Shown here piece after piece: positions 49,685 through 53,760 of a stretch of DNA of 53,760 bases. The DNA comes from Mariniblastus sp. GTDB lineage: Bacteria; Planctomycetota; Planctomycetia; Pirellulales; Pirellulaceae. Positions within the stretch are counted from its first letter, which is position 1; each line of letters begins with the position of its first letter. Made by a program: the position numbers and the translations under genes. Under the pieces are notes generated by a model. The model was not told the origin of the DNA. It did not search any database and saw only the letters and a list, made by a program, of their open reading frames with translations. The stretch lies in contig JBDNHU010000229.1 in NCBI GenBank assembly GCA_041688615.1, forward strand, positions 1 to 53,760. The letters run 5' to 3'.

Positions 49685-50189
49685 AACGAAACCTTCAAGG
49701 ATTGCGGCGACTAATTGTCGGTCCCTCCACCACTGTACCTAGGAACCGGCCCTACAGTTTAGACCAAATTTCGACGCCTGAGGGCGGTGATCGGGTGGTG
49801 ATCGGGTGGTTTTTGGATTCGTCCGAAGCAGGATTCGCGTCTTGACAGCGGTACACTGTTTACTTGCCATGCCCTAGCAATCGTCTCCAGCTTGCCCAGG
49901 GTTGTGAGTTTGGGGGGAAATTCGAACCTGGCAATCCGCTGGCATGGGCGAAACCTGGGAGTTGCCAGAAGAATTAACCCTGTGAATCGGCAAAACTTGG
50001 TACCATGGCGACAGAGAAAAACGGTGCCGGCGGCAACGGTGTTTTTATTCCCAGCGGGTGCGTTTGCCGTCAGCGGCCAGCATCCTAAATTTTGGAAACG
50101 ATCGTCAAGTTGAATCTTGATCGACACGTCGCCAAACCAATCGTATTCTAAGCCGCGTTGGGTCGAAAGCATTTTGGATTAGGCTGACC

Positions 50190-51413
50190 ATGAACATGAA
50201 TAACCGGTCGGGTGGTGCGACTAAGCGAATCATCGGCAAGCATGAATCGGTCGGGATTATTTCTAGCGTGCCCGCGTTGGTATGCCGCTGGTTGACGCAG
50301 ACGGTCTTTGTCCAGGCCATCGTCATTCAAGCCATCTTTGTTCAAGTGGCAGCGCAGGTTTTGGCAGCGCAGGTTTTGGCAGCGCAGGTTTTGGCAGCGG
50401 AAGTTTTGGCAGCGGAAGTTTTGGCAGCGCAAGTCTTGCCAGCGGAAGTCTTGGTGGCTCAAGTGCCGGTCTGCCTGTTTGCCGTGGACAGGGATGCGGT
50501 AGAGTCCGCTCCAGCGAGGCAAGGCATAGCCGTTGACCTGCCGTTGGTGGCTGAAAGTCGCGGCCTGCGTGAGGTTTTGAAGCTAGATGGTATTTTCCGC
50601 AGCCAGGCCAAAGTGCAAGCCGGTTCGTTGAATGAAATAAGTGGGATGGCCGCCTCGCAATTTCACACAGACCACGTTTGGGTTCACAACGATTCGGGTG
50701 GCGAGGCTGAATTGTATCTGTTGGGCCCCGCTGGTAAAGTTGCAGTGACCGCCAAGTTGACCGGCACAAAGAATCGAGATTGGGAAGACTTGGCGTCGTT
50801 TAGCCAAGATGGCCACCACTATTTGGTGGTGGGTGACGTTGGAGACAACGCCGAAAAGCAAGCGACAGTTCGACTTTGGATCGTCCAAGAACAGGACTGG
50901 CTGAGCGAAGGCAAAGCGAAGGTCAACGTGAAACCTGGGTGTGAAATTGAAGTCACTTACCCTGAAGGGGCTCAAGATTGTGAAAGCGTCGCCGTTGTGG
51001 GTAATCGTCTGTATTTGGTGACCAAAATATCTAGCAAAAGAAGCAAACAATTTCCATCGCTGACGGAATCGACAATCTACAAGGTTGAATTCGATCTAAA
51101 TCGAGAGAAGCAGAAGATTGACGCGGTAAAAATTGGAACGTGTCCATTGGGTCTTGCGACAGCGATGGCGTTTTCTCCCGATGGTCGATTTTTGGTGATA
51201 CGCGATTACACCCAAGTTGTTGCGTATGATCGTGCGGAATCCCAAACTTGGGATCAGCGTTTGGCAGAGGAACCAAGTTCAAGATTTCCAGCCCCTTTTC
51301 AGAGGCAGGCAGAGGCGATTTGTTTTTCTGTCAATGGAATGGAACTTTGGACCATCAGTGAGGGTGCTAAACAGTCGTGGTGGAAAGCGAATTTAAGAAA
51401 GGTAGCCCAGTGA
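50190..51413 (+). CDS. Hypothetical protein: repeat-expanded hydrophobic N-terminal anchor plus a probable beta-propeller-like domain
   Basis: 407-aa ORF. N-terminus 'KRIIGK...VFVQAIVIQAIFVQV(AAQVL)n'. C-terminal domain contains 'HVWVHNDSGGEAELYLLG', 'NRDWEDLASF' and 'YLVVGDVGDN', a pattern I recall only from uncharacterised secreted proteins. The true start is uncertain. Confidence 0.55.
   Translation: MNMNNRSGGATKRIIGKHESVGIISSVPALVCRWLTQTVFVQAIVIQAIFVQVAAQVLAAQVLAAQVLAAEVLAAEVLAAQVLPAEVLVAQVPVCLFAVDRDAVESAPARQGIAVDLPLVAESRGLREVLKLDGIFRSQAKVQAGSLNEISGMAASQFHTDHVWVHNDSGGEAELYLLGPAGKVAVTAKLTGTKNRDWEDLASFSQDGHHYLVVGDVGDNAEKQATVRLWIVQEQDWLSEGKAKVNVKPGCEIEVTYPEGAQDCESVAVVGNRLYLVTKISSKRSKQFPSLTESTIYKVEFDLNREKQKIDAVKIGTCPLGLATAMAFSPDGRFLVIRDYTQVVAYDRAESQTWDQRLAEEPSSRFPAPFQRQAEAICFSVNGMELWTISEGAKQSWWKANLRKVAQ
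50349..50468 (+). repeat. In-frame 15-bp tandem array x8 encoding (A-A-Q/E-V-L)n
   Basis: gcagcgcaggttttg x3, gcagcggaagttttg x2, then gcagcgcaagtcttg, ccagcggaagtcttg and gtggctcaagtgccg. Confidence 0.95.
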
Positions 51414-51439
51414 AGATTAGCCCAGTGAAGATTAGCTTC

Positions 51440-52477
51440 ATGAAGTGTTTGAACGTGAAACGTGACTTTGTATTTGGTGATGCGATGAATGTGAAAATTG
51501 GACCGAATCGTGAACTTGTTGGTTGTCGTGCTTTGAAGCATAGCTTGAACCGTTGTTTAAGTGTTAAGTCGGTTTTCGCCTTAGCGTTCACCCTTAGCAT
51601 GCTTGTGATTCAGGCGTTCACTTTGGGGCAAGATGCTCAACCGCAATCAAGTGAAGACGGGCCTCAGATCCGAGTGATGAGCTTTAATTTACGACTTGGG
51701 ATTGCCGACGATGGCGACGATCGATGGGAATTGCGAAAAGAATTACTCTTTAAAACGATCGAAAATTATTCTCCTGACTTGCTGGGGACTCAAGAGACGT
51801 TCCCGTTTCAATCGGAGTTCTTGCAGCAGCAAATGCCCGATTTTCAAGCGGTGGGGCGTGATCGCAATCCCAAATCGCCCAACGATAAGGAACAGTGTAC
51901 GATCCTGTTCAATCGAAAACGGTTCGACTTGGTGGCATCAGGTCACTTTTGGCTGAGTGAAAATCCGGATCAAGCGGGTTCGCAGAGTTGGGATTCCTCC
52001 TTGCCGAGGATGGCATCTTGGGTTCGGCTTTGGGATCGGAACGCTGAGCGAGCTTTAGTTTTTGTGAATACTCATTTTGATCATCGGGGGCCTGCCGCAC
52101 GAGCGAACGGAGCCACGGTGCTTAGACAGAGGATCGAGAATCTAGGTGCCGATACGCCGATCATTTTGACGGGTGATTTCAATTGTGCGTCCGATAGCCA
52201 GCCCTATCAAAATTTAGTCAAGGTTCAGGTTGGCCCCAGCGGTGACACACCTATGCCAAGTTTGATTGACACTTTTTCGACGATTCATGCCGGTAAAGTG
52301 AAAGATATTGGTACCTTCAACGGTTTTAAGGGTACGAAATCAGGAGCTCGTATTGATTGGGTTTTGGTCTCGCCCCAATGGAAAATTATTTCGGCTGAGA
52401 TTGACGATACCAACGACACCGGGCGTTACCCGTCGGATCATTTCCCGGTTACATCGGTGATCCAATGGGACAAATAA
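51440..52477 (+). CDS. Endonuclease/exonuclease/phosphatase (EEP) family protein, secreted (start uncertain: 51440 or 51485; ORF open from 51377)
   Basis: 'IRVMSFNLRLG', 'LLGTQE', 'FVNTHFDHRG', 'ILTGDFN', 'RIDWVLVS' and 'PSDHFPV' are the EEP catalytic motifs. Signal-like 'SVKSVFALAFTLSMLVIQAFTLGQ'. Confidence 0.85.
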   Translation: MKCLNVKRDFVFGDAMNVKIGPNRELVGCRALKHSLNRCLSVKSVFALAFTLSMLVIQAFTLGQDAQPQSSEDGPQIRVMSFNLRLGIADDGDDRWELRKELLFKTIENYSPDLLGTQETFPFQSEFLQQQMPDFQAVGRDRNPKSPNDKEQCTILFNRKRFDLVASGHFWLSENPDQAGSQSWDSSLPRMASWVRLWDRNAERALVFVNTHFDHRGPAARANGATVLRQRIENLGADTPIILTGDFNCASDSQPYQNLVKVQVGPSGDTPMPSLIDTFSTIHAGKVKDIGTFNGFKGTKSGARIDWVLVSPQWKIISAEIDDTNDTGRYPSDHFPVTSVIQWDK

Positions 52478-52866
52478 TAGCCGTTAGATAGGCTAGTGTG
52501 ATTCGAAGCGAAGTGGGTGCTTTGGGGTGTTTCCGAGTCAAATACATCGAGACTTTTAGCGGCCAGTTAGGGAGCCTTTGCAACAGTTGAACAGTTCCGC
52601 GAAGTCCGTTATTGGTAGTCGACCGTGTATTTCGATTGCCGTTTATTCCGATGGCCGTGTGTTTTGATGGCCATGTATTGCAAAGGTAGTCGTGTGAGTG
52701 AACGTGGGTTCGGACACCCGATTCGATTTGCTACCAAACGTGACTTAGGCTTAGTTAGGTTTGCCTGGGTGCTGGCAGTAAATTACTGAAGTTGTTGTGA
52801 TGTGCTTCGATTTAGATTTTGTTTGGGTGAATTAATCGTTTAGGAAATTTTGTGCATCGTAGTTTA

Positions 52867-53760
52867 ATGGATTTAGACGCAAATGGTTCGGTTTTGGTGG
52901 GTTCGGATGTTGAAGTTAAGACAACAGCAGGACCATTGAATCGAACATGGCGTGGAGAGATGCCGTCGTTCCGTCCTACCAGGGGATTGGGTGGATCGCA
53001 TCTGCAAACCGTGCTAGTTCCGTATCTTGGGGCTCCGCGCTTGCCCGCGACGATTCAACATAAGATTCCGTTGTCCGATGGAGACTCGGTCACGTTACAC
53101 GAAAATCGACCGATCCAAACCAGTGATAACTCAAGCTTGGCCAATGGAAGCGACCTGGCAGACTCGCCGGAAGTGGCGATCGTTTCGGTGCACGGTTTGG
53201 CAGGCTGCAATCAAAGTGGCTATGTGCGGCGGTTGGCAAAGTTGGCGAACCAACGAGGTTGGGTCAGTTACCGCATGGACATGCGGGGTGCAGGCGACAG
53301 TGGAGTTGGATCGACGTATCTGTATCATGCTGGCCGAAGTGATGACGTTGTGGCGGCGATTGAGTTTGTGCGACTCAAGAACCCGAATGCAAAAATATTT
53401 CTATGCGGTTTTTCGTTGGGCGGTTCAATCGCCCTGCATTTATTATGTGAACATAGCGAGGCAGCCAGTCGGTTACTGCACGGAGCGGTGGCGGTGTGTC
53501 CTCCGCTTGATTTGAATGGCTGTTCGCAGAATTTGCGTCGAGGCCTGAATCGAATTTACGATCATACATTCGCCAGAGCGTTATGGAATGTGTTGCAGGA
53601 TCGTCCGAAAGTCCAGCAGCATATGGGCGAGAAGTTTCCCAAACGGCGTCCAACAACTCTTTATGACTTTGACAATTTGGTGACGGCACCGCTTGGCGGA
53701 TATGAATCAGCGGCCCATTATTACAATCGGTTCAGCACAGTTAACCGGGTCGGTGAAATA
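52867..53760 (+). CDS. YheT/ABHD1-3-type alpha/beta-fold hydrolase, 3' end outside window (not in the ORF track because no stop is reached; alternative starts GTG 52852 and ATG 52960)
   Basis: Own translation of frame +1 after the TGA at 52828-30: 'MDLDANGS...MPSFRPTRGLGGSHLQTVLVPYLG...VAIVSVHGLAGCNQSGYVRRLA...YRMDMRGAGDS...HAGRSDDV...IFLCGFSLGGSIALH...AVAVCPPLDL...YDFDNLVTAPLGGYESAAHYY'. Contains the G-x-S-x-G nucleophile elbow. The listed ORF 53027..53515 is in an overlapping wrong frame. Confidence 0.8.
   Translation, partial: MDLDANGSVLVGSDVEVKTTAGPLNRTWRGEMPSFRPTRGLGGSHLQTVLVPYLGAPRLPATIQHKIPLSDGDSVTLHENRPIQTSDNSSLANGSDLADSPEVAIVSVHGLAGCNQSGYVRRLAKLANQRGWVSYRMDMRGAGDSGVGSTYLYHAGRSDDVVAAIEFVRLKNPNAKIFLCGFSLGGSIALHLLCEHSEAASRLLHGAVAVCPPLDLNGCSQNLRRGLNRIYDHTFARALWNVLQDRPKVQQHMGEKFPKRRPTTLYDFDNLVTAPLGGYESAAHYYNRFSTVNRVGEI

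Noticed and set aside
49759-50172. 137-aa minus-strand ORF upstream of the heme-binding protein gene, with a faint XRE-type HTH-like pattern (…LLATPRFRPCQRIARFEFPPKLTTLGKLETIARAW…)
   Set aside because: The spacing loosely mimics an HTH_XRE (LA-N9-I.R.E…P.L.TL..IA.A), but the residues are atypical (Cys/Trp/Phe/Arg-rich) and there is no clear SD. I cannot support the call without a profile search, which HHpred would settle.
52706-52719. tRNA T-arm-like string gggttcggacaccc
   Set aside because: It has only a 4-bp stem with a 6-nt loop, and no acceptor, D or anticodon arms can be built from the flanks. It is not a tRNA.
53027-53515. 162-aa ORF from the track (frame +2) near the right edge
   Set aside because: It is out of frame with a much better reading (frame +1, 52867 to the window end), which gives a clean YheT-type alpha/beta hydrolase with a GFSLGGS nucleophile elbow. 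The track omits that frame only because it has no stop inside the window.

Overview
This window reads as a chromosomal segment of a Planctomycetota (Pirellulales-like) genome. Lineage hallmarks are a DUF1559 'H-X9-DG' prepilin-like protein, a DUF1592-family cytochrome / DUF1552 gene pair, and a Pirellula/Verrucomicrobium-type CxxCH dehydrogenase-domain protein. Layout: (0-13.5 kb, +) secE (partial)-nusG-rplK-rplA-rplJ-rplL, a 1.17 kb non-coding spacer, then rpoB-rpoC. (14-17.8 kb, +) a PLP Ser/Thr dehydratase and a 930-aa large NAD-glutamate dehydrogenase. (17.9-21.6 kb, -) the DUF1592/DUF1552 pair, then an AIM24-family gene (+). (23.6-28.7 kb, -) glutamine-dependent NAD synthetase, an App1-like (DUF2183) phosphatase and a PQQ-type beta-propeller. 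(29.2-41.0 kb, +) a flagellar distal-rod/ring/hook-junction cluster flgF-flgG-flgA-flgH-flgI-flgJ(rod-binding only)-flgN-flgK-flgL. (41.4-43.4 kb, +) a His/Cys-rich membrane protein and a DUF1559 protein with an (HD)n insert. After that come a GH81 beta-1,3-glucanase (+), a 1082-aa heme-binding protein (-), a repeat-bearing hypothetical protein, an EEP-family hydrolase and a 3'-truncated YheT-type alpha/beta hydrolase. I recognised no rRNA, tRNA, CRISPR array, transposase/integrase or known defence genes. I could not demonstrate a clear-cut new multi-gene system. The signals most worth follow-up are: (i) an unusually high density of short-period (6-26 bp) perfect tandem duplications at gene boundaries and inside genes, including a 26-bp x6 array carrying a periodic 11-bp palindrome, a (GTEN[LF])n tail on RpoC and an (AAQVL)n N-terminal anchor; (ii) a giant (~1130 aa) modular FlgL; (iii) a sigma54-like promoter plus CsrA-type CAAGGATG hairpin in the flagellar leaders; (iv) a His-rich DUF2946-like / (HD)n-DUF1559 gene pair suggesting metal binding. 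All family assignments come from motif recognition by eye and have not been checked against any database.
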